Of a stretch of 39,069 nucleotides of DNA, positions 31,368 through 39,069 are shown piece after piece. The notes below the pieces were generated by a model. The model saw nothing but the letters and a program-made list of their open reading frames with translations, was not told where the DNA came from and searched no databases. The position numbers and the translations under genes were made by a program. The stretch is from NCBI GenBank assembly GCA_964572885.1, contig CAZNFC010000001.1:1-39069 (forward strand), given 5' to 3'. Each line of letters starts with the position of its first letter. The stretch's first letter is position 1. This DNA comes from an uncultured Methanosarcinales archaeon. GTDB taxonomy: Archaea; Nanobdellota; Nanobdellia; Woesearchaeales; UBA10107.

Positions 31368-31856
31368 ATGTTTAGAAGAATGATAAGAATAGACTACGGA
31401 TTGCCGGCGGATGTCGCAAAGCTTATTGGAAGAAAGGATTTAGCTACTTCTGAAACTGGAAGACAATTGCTTGCTCAAAGAAAAAGGAACAGCAGACTTG
31501 CTAAAGCAGGTATAGTTGCTCTTGCTATAGGGGCAGGCTACTTTGGCGGATTAGGAAAATGGAACCCTGCTCATAAAGCGTATAGTGCTGTCAGTAAACT
31601 CGTGACAGGAAAACCATCTGCAGAACACAATGGTATTTTTACAGAAAATGGCCATACTTATCACTTCAGAAAAGCGCATCTTGCAAGAGAAGGACTGGAA
31701 TATGCAGTAAGTCACAGTACAAAAATACAGATACCTGAACTTGCTAACACCGATCTTGTTTATCTGACTATGCAAAAGAATGGATTATCCGGGAAAAACA
31801 TAGATATTTTGGCCGATGGAGATTATTGGCTTCCTGTTCCTCTAAAAACAAGATAA
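31368..31856 (+). CDS. hypothetical protein (162 aa) with one central hydrophobic segment
   Basis: ATG ORF with a GGAG about 10 nt upstream. I recognise no family. Confidence 0.5.
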   Translation: MFRRMIRIDYGLPADVAKLIGRKDLATSETGRQLLAQRKRNSRLAKAGIVALAIGAGYFGGLGKWNPAHKAYSAVSKLVTGKPSAEHNGIFTENGHTYHFRKAHLAREGLEYAVSHSTKIQIPELANTDLVYLTMQKNGLSGKNIDILADGDYWLPVPLKTR

Positions 31857-31886
31857 TTTTATAAACATTCTTTCTAAACTATATTT

Positions 31887-32282
31887 ATGATTAATGTAAA
31901 TGTCAAGTTTACTTCAATAGAGATAAGCAAATACATAAGAAATGAGCCTGTAACACTGAAAGTTCTCTTTAATGACGGCAAAAAAGAGCATTCTATCCTG
32001 AAAACAACAGATCTCGTCAATATTAATGAACTTGCAGATCAAATAAAGAGTGATGCAAAGAAGATGATGAAAGACATGAACTCATCTTCAGGAACGGGAA
32101 TGTTTGACGGAGTTGTCACGGTAGTATTCGGTGATATTGATGATGAAGTCAATGCAACTGAAAGACTCTCGAATTCTCTTGGAAGGATAAGAGAAGACAT
32201 AAGAAAGATGAAAAACAACACCACTTCGCAGAATTATCTTCAGAGAATAGCTATGTTTTCAGGCTCAAGATATTCAATATAA
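31887..32282 (+). CDS. hypothetical protein (131 aa)
   Basis: ATG ORF directly downstream of the previous gene. I recognise no family. Confidence 0.5.
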   Translation: MINVNVKFTSIEISKYIRNEPVTLKVLFNDGKKEHSILKTTDLVNINELADQIKSDAKKMMKDMNSSSGTGMFDGVVTVVFGDIDDEVNATERLSNSLGRIREDIRKMKNNTTSQNYLQRIAMFSGSRYSI

Positions 32283-32284
32283 TA

Positions 32285-32443
32285 TCATTCGTCTGTAAAT
32301 TCATTAAGAAGTTCCTGGGCTGTTTTCTCAGGGACTACAGTTTCCCTTCTGTTGCAGTAAGGGCATATTTTTGGAGGCAACGACTTGCCTTTATCTTTAG
32401 GAGCAAAACTGTACTTGCAATTTTCACAATAAAACCTTACCAT
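32285..32443 (-). CDS. small zinc-ribbon protein (52 aa)
   Basis: Trimmed to ATG 32443: MVRFYCENCKYSFAPKDKGKSLPPKICPYCNRRETVVPE, i.e. CxxC-x17-CxxC-type spacing (CENC ... CPYC). TTTATAAA (32466-32473) lies 23-30 nt upstream. Confidence 0.55.
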   Translation of the reverse strand: MVRFYCENCKYSFAPKDKGKSLPPKICPYCNRRETVVPEKTAQELLNEFTDE

Positions 32444-32465
32444 GTAAAAAACAAGAATATCCTGC

Positions 32466-32527
32466 TTTATAAACATTTTGGAAATGAAGGCCTGCAGAGG
32501 CCTTCCAGCCAAGAATAAATTTATAAA
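32466..32527. promoter_or_regulatory. divergent promoter region: two TTTATAAA boxes flanking a GC-rich 20-nt palindrome
   Basis: The boxes are at 32466-32473 (for the minus gene) and 32520-32527 (for pepA). The palindrome GAAGGCCT-gcag-AGGCCTTC lies at 32486-32505. Confidence 0.45.
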
Positions 32528-32549
32528 CATCTGAGGTTGAAGTAATAAT

Positions 32550-33974
32550 ATGAAGATAGACATAGGAAGAAAAAAAGGCGTTTATGTAATTCCGGTTTAC
32601 GGCGAAAAGGATAAAGTTCATTTTTTTGATTCTAAAAACAATGATTTAAAGGATAAGATAAAAAAAGAACTTGAAAACTTTCATTATGACGGTAAAAAAG
32701 AGACGACATTATTCTTTAAAGTTGGAAGCGATAAAGTACTTCTTGTCGGGATAAATAAAGAATACACTCTCGAAGATATAAGAAGAGCTTATTCAGTCGT
32801 ATTCAAGACATTGAAGACAAGAAAAGAGGAAAATTCCGTAATTGAAGTTCCTAAGGAAAGCGAAAAGGAAGTCAAGGCCGTGATTGAAGGGCTTGATTTG
32901 AGCGACTATAAATTTGATAAATATGTAATGGAAAAAGATGAGAAAGAGATTGAGATGAATGTCTCTTTGGATGTCAACTCAAAATTTAGTAACTTACTGA
33001 AAGAAACTCTTCTTATCGATGAAAAAGTAAAGTTTGTAAGGGATTTAGTCAATGAGAACTCAATAGAGAAACCTCCTCAGAAGATAGCAGAGATGGTATC
33101 TAATTTCGCTCACAGGAATAAATTGAAGTATGAGGTACTTGATGAAAAGAAAATAAAATCAGAAGGATTGAATCTCATATGGGCAGTCGGAAAAGGTTCA
33201 GAATTCCCTCCAAGATTGATAGTAGCAGAATATGATGGGGATCCTAAATCAAAAGAGAAGATTGCATTAGTAGGAAAAGGAGTGGTATTCGACACAGGAG
33301 GGACAAATCTTAAGCCGACAAACTACATAGAAGATATGAAGATAGACATGGCAGGAGCTGCGACATGTTTCGGAGCATTCATGCTTGCTGTTGAATTGAA
33401 GATAAAAAAGAATATAGTTTTAGTGATACCTTCTGTCGAGAATGCGATATCAGGAAACTCTTACAAGCCTGGAGATTTCTTTATATCATACTCAGGAATA
33501 GGAGTTGAAGTAGGGAATACTGATGCAGAAGGAAGATTGATCCTTGCAGATGCATTGTCTTACGTCCAGGAAAATTACAAACCTACAAAAATAATTGATT
33601 TGGCGACATTGACAGGAGCATGCACTGTTGCGTTAGGACAGAATATAGCAGGATTATTCGGAAATGACAAGGAACTGATGAATGAAATCGATAAAGCCGG
33701 AGAAGAGACAGATGAAAAAGTTTGGGAACTGCCTTTGACTGATGAATTCAGAGAGCAGATGAAAAGCAAATTTGCAGATATTAAAAATGACGGGGACAGA
33801 TACGGAGGAGCAAGCCAGGGAGCTGCTTTCCTTGAGAGATTCATACAAAAAGGAGTCAAATGGGCTCATCTTGATATAGCAGGCCCTGCAAAATCAAAGA
33901 AGGAAAGCTACTATATTCCTGAGTACGGAACAGGAAGAGGAGTAAGGCTTCTGATTGAATTCCTGAAGAAATAA
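32550..33974 (+). CDS. pepA: leucyl aminopeptidase (peptidase M17)
   Basis: VGKGVVFDTGG, DMAGAA and the signature NTDAEGRLILAD are canonical M17 motifs. Confidence 0.95.
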   Translation: MKIDIGRKKGVYVIPVYGEKDKVHFFDSKNNDLKDKIKKELENFHYDGKKETTLFFKVGSDKVLLVGINKEYTLEDIRRAYSVVFKTLKTRKEENSVIEVPKESEKEVKAVIEGLDLSDYKFDKYVMEKDEKEIEMNVSLDVNSKFSNLLKETLLIDEKVKFVRDLVNENSIEKPPQKIAEMVSNFAHRNKLKYEVLDEKKIKSEGLNLIWAVGKGSEFPPRLIVAEYDGDPKSKEKIALVGKGVVFDTGGTNLKPTNYIEDMKIDMAGAATCFGAFMLAVELKIKKNIVLVIPSVENAISGNSYKPGDFFISYSGIGVEVGNTDAEGRLILADALSYVQENYKPTKIIDLATLTGACTVALGQNIAGLFGNDKELMNEIDKAGEETDEKVWELPLTDEFREQMKSKFADIKNDGDRYGGASQGAAFLERFIQKGVKWAHLDIAGPAKSKKESYYIPEYGTGRGVRLLIEFLKK

Positions 33975-34026
33975 ATGAATTATTCTATCGGTTAACTTTA
34001 AATAATACTTCTAAGTTGGCTTGAGA

Positions 34027-34599
34027 ATGGACTATTTGTTTTACATACAGCCAAACTCAGAAATAATAGAGGAACTGCATTCGTTTATAGAGACATATCC
34101 GGACGTCTATAAAGTTCACACTCCTTTTGCTCATTGCACTGTGATGAGAGCTTCATTTCCAAGTCAAAATCAATCTCAGATGACTGAAACTCTTGATAAC
34201 ATAGCAAAAAGCCATGATCCATTTGAAGTTGAACTTGGAAAAATAAAAACAATCGATAAAAATTTATTCACAATCGGAATATCATCTTCAGGATTGATAG
34301 GTCTTCATATGAAAATTATAGAAGGGATGGCTCCTTTAATAGACAGGGACAATCCGTTGAGGTTAAAGCCTGAATTAAGAGATGGGCCGAAAAGAGAAGA
34401 GATGGTAAAGAAATATGGATATCCGCATGCCGGAGAATTTTACACTCCTCACTTAACATTATTTTCATTAAGGCCTAACCATATGGAAGTTTTCCCAGGA
34501 AGATTTGAAGGAAAATCCTGGACTGCAAAAGAAATAAGAATCGCTTTCCTGGATCAGGGAAAATATCATTTGCTTCATACATCTGAATTCAAAGTATGA
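34027..34599 (+). CDS. 2H phosphoesterase superfamily protein (LigT/2'-5' RNA ligase-like)
   Basis: Has two H-x-T/S-x motifs (FAHCTVMRA and TPHLTLFS) at the expected spacing. ATG 34027 is chosen over TTG 34021. Confidence 0.6.
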   Translation: MDYLFYIQPNSEIIEELHSFIETYPDVYKVHTPFAHCTVMRASFPSQNQSQMTETLDNIAKSHDPFEVELGKIKTIDKNLFTIGISSSGLIGLHMKIIEGMAPLIDRDNPLRLKPELRDGPKREEMVKKYGYPHAGEFYTPHLTLFSLRPNHMEVFPGRFEGKSWTAKEIRIAFLDQGKYHLLHTSEFKV

Positions 34600-34600
34600 G

Positions 34601-35182
34601 TTACTTTCTAAGCAAACCTTTTCTTCTCTTTCTATTGGCGGTTCTGCTTGGTCTAAGCTTTTCAGTTCCAAGGCCTTTGCCTCTCAATAATCCTCTTGAA
34701 CGCTTGCCTGACGAAGTCAAACCTCTGAATGCTCTTCCTTTGTTTGAAGCCATCCAATTCAATATAGGATCCGCTTTTATCGCAGGATGAGAGACGTCAA
34801 CCATGATCACTTCGTACCAATAATTGTTTCCGTCCACTCCTACTTCATATGAATTAAGAACTTCGCAGTTCACATATTTGTCTGCAACTCTCTGTTCTGC
34901 GATTGCCTGATAATTCTGCATCAATGATTTTCTTGTAGTCCAATTGGCTGATCTTCTTCCGCCAGTTGGGAAAGGCGCACTGTGTCCTCCTCTCTTTACT
35001 CTTTGCCTAACAATGAATATTCCCTGTTTTGCTCTGTATCCTAATGATCTTGCTCTGTCTAATTTTGTAGGAAAATCAATCTTTAAAGTTGACGGTTCGG
35101 ATCTCCATTGAACTAACCTATTTCTTTGTATTTCCGGAGAAATATTATGTGTGTTCTGTCTTATGTATTTGTATAATGCCAT
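34601..35182 (-). CDS. rpl15e: 50S ribosomal protein L15e
   Basis: MALYKYIRQ...RLVQWRSEPSTLKIDFPTKLDRARSLGYRAKQGIFIVRQRVKRGG...NSYEVGVDGNNYWYEVIMVD is canonical L15e. The start is trimmed to ATG 35182. Confidence 0.95.
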   Translation of the reverse strand: MALYKYIRQNTHNISPEIQRNRLVQWRSEPSTLKIDFPTKLDRARSLGYRAKQGIFIVRQRVKRGGHSAPFPTGGRRSANWTTRKSLMQNYQAIAEQRVADKYVNCEVLNSYEVGVDGNNYWYEVIMVDVSHPAIKADPILNWMASNKGRAFRGLTSSGKRSRGLLRGKGLGTEKLRPSRTANRKRRKGLLRK

Positions 35183-35360
35183 TTTATGTAGCCTCCATTG
35201 TTTTAATTTAACACATAGATTCAAGGAAGCAATTCCTCACAGCTCTATGATAAAGAAGCAAAACCCTGGCTCCTTTATAAAGGTTATCATTGATAACTCC
35301 GTAGTGGTCATAAATCTATATATAAAAACTCGAATTATTTTCCATATGGTGGGGTGTTAG

Positions 35361-36215
35361 ATGGATAGAGAATTCCTGATTGGAGTTGAAGTCAACTCAA
35401 AGACGATAACGACTGGATTAGTCGATTTGAGTGGCAAGATTGTGAAAAAGATCACTATACCTGCTGAAATATCTAAAGGCAAGAAGAAAGTCATAGATAA
35501 CATAGCTGCTTCTATCAATAAAGTCAAAAAGAATAAAGTCATAGGAGTGGGAGTTTCTTTGCCCGGAATCATAAACAGGGAGAAAGGAATCGTTGTTGAA
35601 TCATCATTTCCAGGATGGAATGGATTGCTGTTAAAGAAGTTCCTGGAAGAACAGGTCCATGTTCCTGTGTTTATCGAAAATGAAGGAAAATGTTTTGCTA
35701 TAGCTGAATACAAATGCGGCACATTCAGGAAGACAGAAAATTCAATAGGAGTCCTTTTCAATGATACAATAAGTTCCGGACTGATAATAGACGGAAAGCT
35801 GGCAAAAGGATGTTATTTCGCAGCAGGAAGCGTAAGCCACTCATCTGTAGACGGCAAAGGAGGAAAATTAGAGGATTATTCTTCTCCTTCCGCGATAGAA
35901 AGGATTTTTAAGGCAAAGACAAAAAAAGCAAAATCAATAAATGAGATAATTATGCTTCAAAATGACAAAGCAGCAAAAGATGTCCTTAAATCAGCAGGAA
36001 CTTATTTTGGGATTTCCATGTCTCATCTTGTCAATGCTCTTAATCCTGAATTGATAATCGTAGGCGGCGCTTTGGGAAGATCTGACTATTTCCTTGAAGC
36101 TGCCGAGAATGCGATGCAGAGCAAAAGCAATGAAGTATGCGGAAGAAGAGTGAAGCTAATAGGTTCCAAGCTTAATGATTCAGCAATGTTAGGCGCTGCA
36201 AGCATTGTCATATGA
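35361..36215 (+). CDS. ROK-family sugar kinase (glucokinase-like)
   Basis: IGVEVNSKTITTGLVDLSGKIV, GVSLPGIINREKGIV, ENEGKCFAIAEY and IVGGALG follow the ROK/ASKHA layout. Confidence 0.75.
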   Translation: MDREFLIGVEVNSKTITTGLVDLSGKIVKKITIPAEISKGKKKVIDNIAASINKVKKNKVIGVGVSLPGIINREKGIVVESSFPGWNGLLLKKFLEEQVHVPVFIENEGKCFAIAEYKCGTFRKTENSIGVLFNDTISSGLIIDGKLAKGCYFAAGSVSHSSVDGKGGKLEDYSSPSAIERIFKAKTKKAKSINEIIMLQNDKAAKDVLKSAGTYFGISMSHLVNALNPELIIVGGALGRSDYFLEAAENAMQSKSNEVCGRRVKLIGSKLNDSAMLGAASIVI

Positions 36216-36257
36216 TGACGACAAAACTTATTTAAGCTTCTGACTCATCAATATTCT

Positions 36258-38300
36258 ATGATTATCAGATCAATCCATCTAAATAACATAAGAAGCTACG
36301 TCAACCAGAAGATAAGCTTCAATGAAGGGATAAGCGTCCTTTCAGGAGACATAGGTTCTGGAAAATCTTCAATACTTCTTGCAGTTGAGTTTGCATTGTT
36401 CGGGATAAATGATTCAGGAGATTCTTTATTGAGAAAAGGAGAGAATGACGGATTCGTCGAATTAAAATTTGAAATAAATAACCAGGAATATTCAATAAGA
36501 AGATATCTGAAGAGAAAATCTGACGGCATAAGGCAGGCGAACGGATACATAATAACTAAAGATACAAAAAAAGATATGACGCCTGTCGAGTTAAAGCAGT
36601 TCATAATAACTTTACTTGGATATCCTCAGGAATCTGTAAATAAAAAACCGTTAATCTACAGATATACGACATATACTCCACAAGACGAGATGAAGCAGAT
36701 ATTATACGAAAACTCGGATGAAAGAGTGAATATAATAAGAAAGATATTCGGGATCGACAAATACCAGAGGATAATAGAGAATTCAACTATATTCTCAAGA
36801 ACTTTAAGAGAAAATAAAAGAGAACTCATAGGAAAGACTTCTGATCTTGAGATGAAAAAGATAGAACTTAAGAAAACGACAGAAGAAAAGGATGAATTGA
36901 TAAAAAAAGAGAAAGAAGCCGATATCAGGTTAATAGAAGCAAAAAAGCAGACAAATTCAATGAAGGAAAATATTATTTTAATTGAGCAGGAAATAAAAAA
37001 ATATAATGAGATAAGAAGAGAGAAAACTACACTCGAATCATCCATAAAACATATGGAAGTGCAGGAAAACTCCATTAAGACAGAAATAGCAAGATTGGAA
37101 GATGAACTGATAATTTTGAAAGGAAAAATAAGCCCGGATAAGCTTGAAAGATTAAAACTCAAGATAAGAAAAGAGATAAAAGACGAAATTTTGAATTTGG
37201 AAAAACAGCAGTTAGAATTACAGAGAATTATAGGAGAATTTGAAGCGATAAAAAAACAATCGGAAAAGACAAAAAGCCAGATAAGTGAATTGGATGACTG
37301 CCCGTTATGCCTGCAGCATGTCCATCATGAGCACAAGGAAAAGATAAGATCATCAGAGAATGAGAGGATAATGGAAGCAGAATATAAATTAAGAGAAGCC
37401 AAAGACAGCACATACAGGATAAAAGAAGAGTTATCAATAAAAAACAAGGAACTCAATGAAAGCAATGAAGCTGAAAGAGAAATATCAATAATGAGCATAC
37501 ATATAAAGAACATGAATGAAAAAGAGATATTTTTGAACGAAAAGAAAGAGATTCATAATAAATTGATAAAAGAGATATCAGAGCTGAAAGAAAAGAACAT
37601 GAAAATAAAACTTATTGATTTCGAGGAAAAGGAAAATCAATACAATCTTATGAAGAAAAACTATGAAAAATTCCAGAATGCCGAAAGAGAAGCAGAGATC
37701 GAGAAGATAAGGATGACTACTGAGATGAAAAATAAGGAGAAATCTGAATCAACGATCAAAAGTGAGATAGAAACAAAAGAGAAGATAAAGATGAAGATAT
37801 CGGAGATGACAAATATTGAGAACTGGCTGCAGAACAACTTTGCAAATATAATATCAATCATGGAAAAGCATGTCCTTAGCAGCATATATTTTGCCTTCAA
37901 TGATTATTTCAAAGAGATGTTTGAACTGTTGATAGAAGATGACAGATTATCTTCAAGGATCGATGAAAACTTCACTCCTGTAATCGAGCAGAATTCATAC
38001 GAAACAGGATTCGATAATCTTTCAGGAGGGGAAAAGACAAGCCTATGTTTAGCCTATAGATTAGCTCTTCACAAGGCAATAAACGGGATGATGTCTGGCA
38101 TAAATACAAGAGGGCTGCTCCTTATGGACGAGCCGACTGACGGATTCAGCAATGAACAGATAGACAAGATGAAAGATCTGTTCACAAACCTAAATGCTTT
38201 CCAGACAATCATAGTCTCTCATGAGAACAAGATAGAAAGCATAGCAGACCATGTAGTAAGAATAGTCAAGGAAGGCCACGAAAGCAAGGTCACAGCTTAG
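36258..38300 (+). CDS. rad50: Rad50-type SMC ATPase with CxxC zinc hook
   Basis: Has Walker A LSGDIGSGKSSILLAVEFALFG, long coiled coils, the hook DDCPLCLQHV in the middle, the signature LSGGEKTSLCLAYRLAL and Walker B LLLMDEPTDGF. Confidence 0.85.
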   Translation: MIIRSIHLNNIRSYVNQKISFNEGISVLSGDIGSGKSSILLAVEFALFGINDSGDSLLRKGENDGFVELKFEINNQEYSIRRYLKRKSDGIRQANGYIITKDTKKDMTPVELKQFIITLLGYPQESVNKKPLIYRYTTYTPQDEMKQILYENSDERVNIIRKIFGIDKYQRIIENSTIFSRTLRENKRELIGKTSDLEMKKIELKKTTEEKDELIKKEKEADIRLIEAKKQTNSMKENIILIEQEIKKYNEIRREKTTLESSIKHMEVQENSIKTEIARLEDELIILKGKISPDKLERLKLKIRKEIKDEILNLEKQQLELQRIIGEFEAIKKQSEKTKSQISELDDCPLCLQHVHHEHKEKIRSSENERIMEAEYKLREAKDSTYRIKEELSIKNKELNESNEAEREISIMSIHIKNMNEKEIFLNEKKEIHNKLIKEISELKEKNMKIKLIDFEEKENQYNLMKKNYEKFQNAEREAEIEKIRMTTEMKNKEKSESTIKSEIETKEKIKMKISEMTNIENWLQNNFANIISIMEKHVLSSIYFAFNDYFKEMFELLIEDDRLSSRIDENFTPVIEQNSYETGFDNLSGGEKTSLCLAYRLALHKAINGMMSGINTRGLLLMDEPTDGFSNEQIDKMKDLFTNLNAFQTIIVSHENKIESIADHVVRIVKEGHESKVTA

Positions 38301-38389
38301 AATTGGAAGAAACTTTAGAACACCTTCCTTTAAAAAGATTTAAATAGTAGTAAATGGTATTATTTACAATAACTATTGGTGTTAGATAG

Positions 38390-39069
38390 ATGAAAAAGAG
38401 GGCATTTATTTTCATATTAATTTTCTTCCTGGTACCATTAGCTTTTGCTCAAGTATCCAGCATAAGGATGGATAAGATAGGAAGTTCTGAAGCAACAATA
38501 TCTCCTCTCGGAGAAGCCGTATTTGACGTTACATTCACAAATGAAAAATTGACTGATGACGTAGTTTTCCTTGAAGTTTCAGATGTAAGATGGTCGATAA
38601 GCGCTACGAATGCGTATGAATATACGACAGGAATCGCATTAGGGCCTCAGGAATCACATACGACAAAGATTTACATGAAACCTGCTACAGGAATAGAGCC
38701 TGGAACTTATTTTGTTGAACTAAGAGCAAGATCGCAGAATACAAAAGAATACGCAAGCCAGATATTTGTAATAAAAGTCGATCCAAAAGTAATGGACTAC
38801 TCAGTTGAAGTTCCTGTCGAAGTCCTTGAACCGGTATCAATTGATCCGAGCAGGACAAATTCGATAAAAGTCTTATTCAAGAATCCATATCCTGTTTATC
38901 TGATAAATCTAAGCATCGATGCGAACAGCAAGTTCCTAAATAAAAATACTGAAGTTGATATCCCTCCAAATTCAGACAAGATAGTTGATTTTTCTCTAAG
39001 CATAGATTCGTCCACTCCTAAGCAGGAAGATACGTTGAAAATAACAGTGAAACAAAATGGAAAGCAGGT
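38390..39069 (+). CDS. N-terminal part of a secreted beta-rich surface protein (3' end outside window)
   Basis: ATG 38390 with the frame open to the window end. Signal peptide is MKKRAFIFILIFFLVPLAFAQ. It has repetitive Ig/CARDB-like beta-strand sequence and is not in the ORF track because no stop lies in the window. Confidence 0.6.
   Translation, partial: MKKRAFIFILIFFLVPLAFAQVSSIRMDKIGSSEATISPLGEAVFDVTFTNEKLTDDVVFLEVSDVRWSISATNAYEYTTGIALGPQESHTTKIYMKPATGIEPGTYFVELRARSQNTKEYASQIFVIKVDPKVMDYSVEVPVEVLEPVSIDPSRTNSIKVLFKNPYPVYLINLSIDANSKFLNKNTEVDIPPNSDKIVDFSLSIDSSTPKQEDTLKITVKQNGKQ

Noticed and set aside
35357-37900. Minus-strand ORFs antisense to the ROK kinase and Rad50 genes (35357-35761, 36296-36604, 36656-37162, 37228-37513, 37661-37900)
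   Set aside because: These are shadow frames of AAR/GAR-rich sense genes, which gives Phe/Ser/Leu-rich antisense ORFs.
1-39069. Scan for CRISPR arrays, rRNA genes, transposases or integrases
   Set aside because: I saw no regularly spaced direct repeats, no rRNA-like conserved segments, and no ORF with DDE transposase or tyrosine/serine recombinase motifs. The only retroelement-type gene is the DGR RT.

Overview
AT-rich, very gene-dense archaeal chromosome segment. Archaea-specific markers are present: ribosomal proteins L21e, S19e, L39e, L31e and L15e, plus Rpo4/RpoF, Cbf5, archaeal SepF, ZPR1 and a Rad50 with a CxxC hook. Small genes, many overlapping start/stop codons and TTTATAAA/TTTAAATA boxes about 25-30 nt upstream of start codons suggest a small-genome, DPANN-like lineage; that lineage call is inference. 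Housekeeping blocks are L21e-Rpo4-DUF655, SepF, ZPR1, tRNA-Leu, the Lhr helicase, S19e-L39e-L31e-Cbf5, UDG, PepA, L15e, ROK kinase and Rad50. They are interspersed with many secreted or membrane hypothetical proteins. The standout is a compact diversity-generating retroelement (DGR) on the minus strand at about 23.1-25.4 kb. It comprises a 245-aa target gene with a C-terminal variable repeat (VR 24664-24750), a 250-nt structured non-coding spacer, an AAC-rich template repeat (TR 24283-24366) and a DGR-type reverse transcriptase. Every TR/VR substitution I can align falls on a TR adenine. The RT gene is split by a frameshift exactly inside a (CT)9 microsatellite, and no Avd-like accessory ORF fits in the cassette. 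A VapB-VapB-VapC module and a PGF-pre-PGF-like surface protein flank the DGR. Other items worth a look: a tightly coupled 4-gene operon of unknown function led by an AbrB-type gene, an ArmA/FmrO-like 16S rRNA methyltransferase, a roughly 120-nt strongly structured intergenic element, and several real short genes missed by the ORF track (CxxC-x17-CxxC protein, L39e, AbrB-like, an antitoxin, and two partial edge genes). All coordinates, counts and folds were done by hand and should be recomputed.
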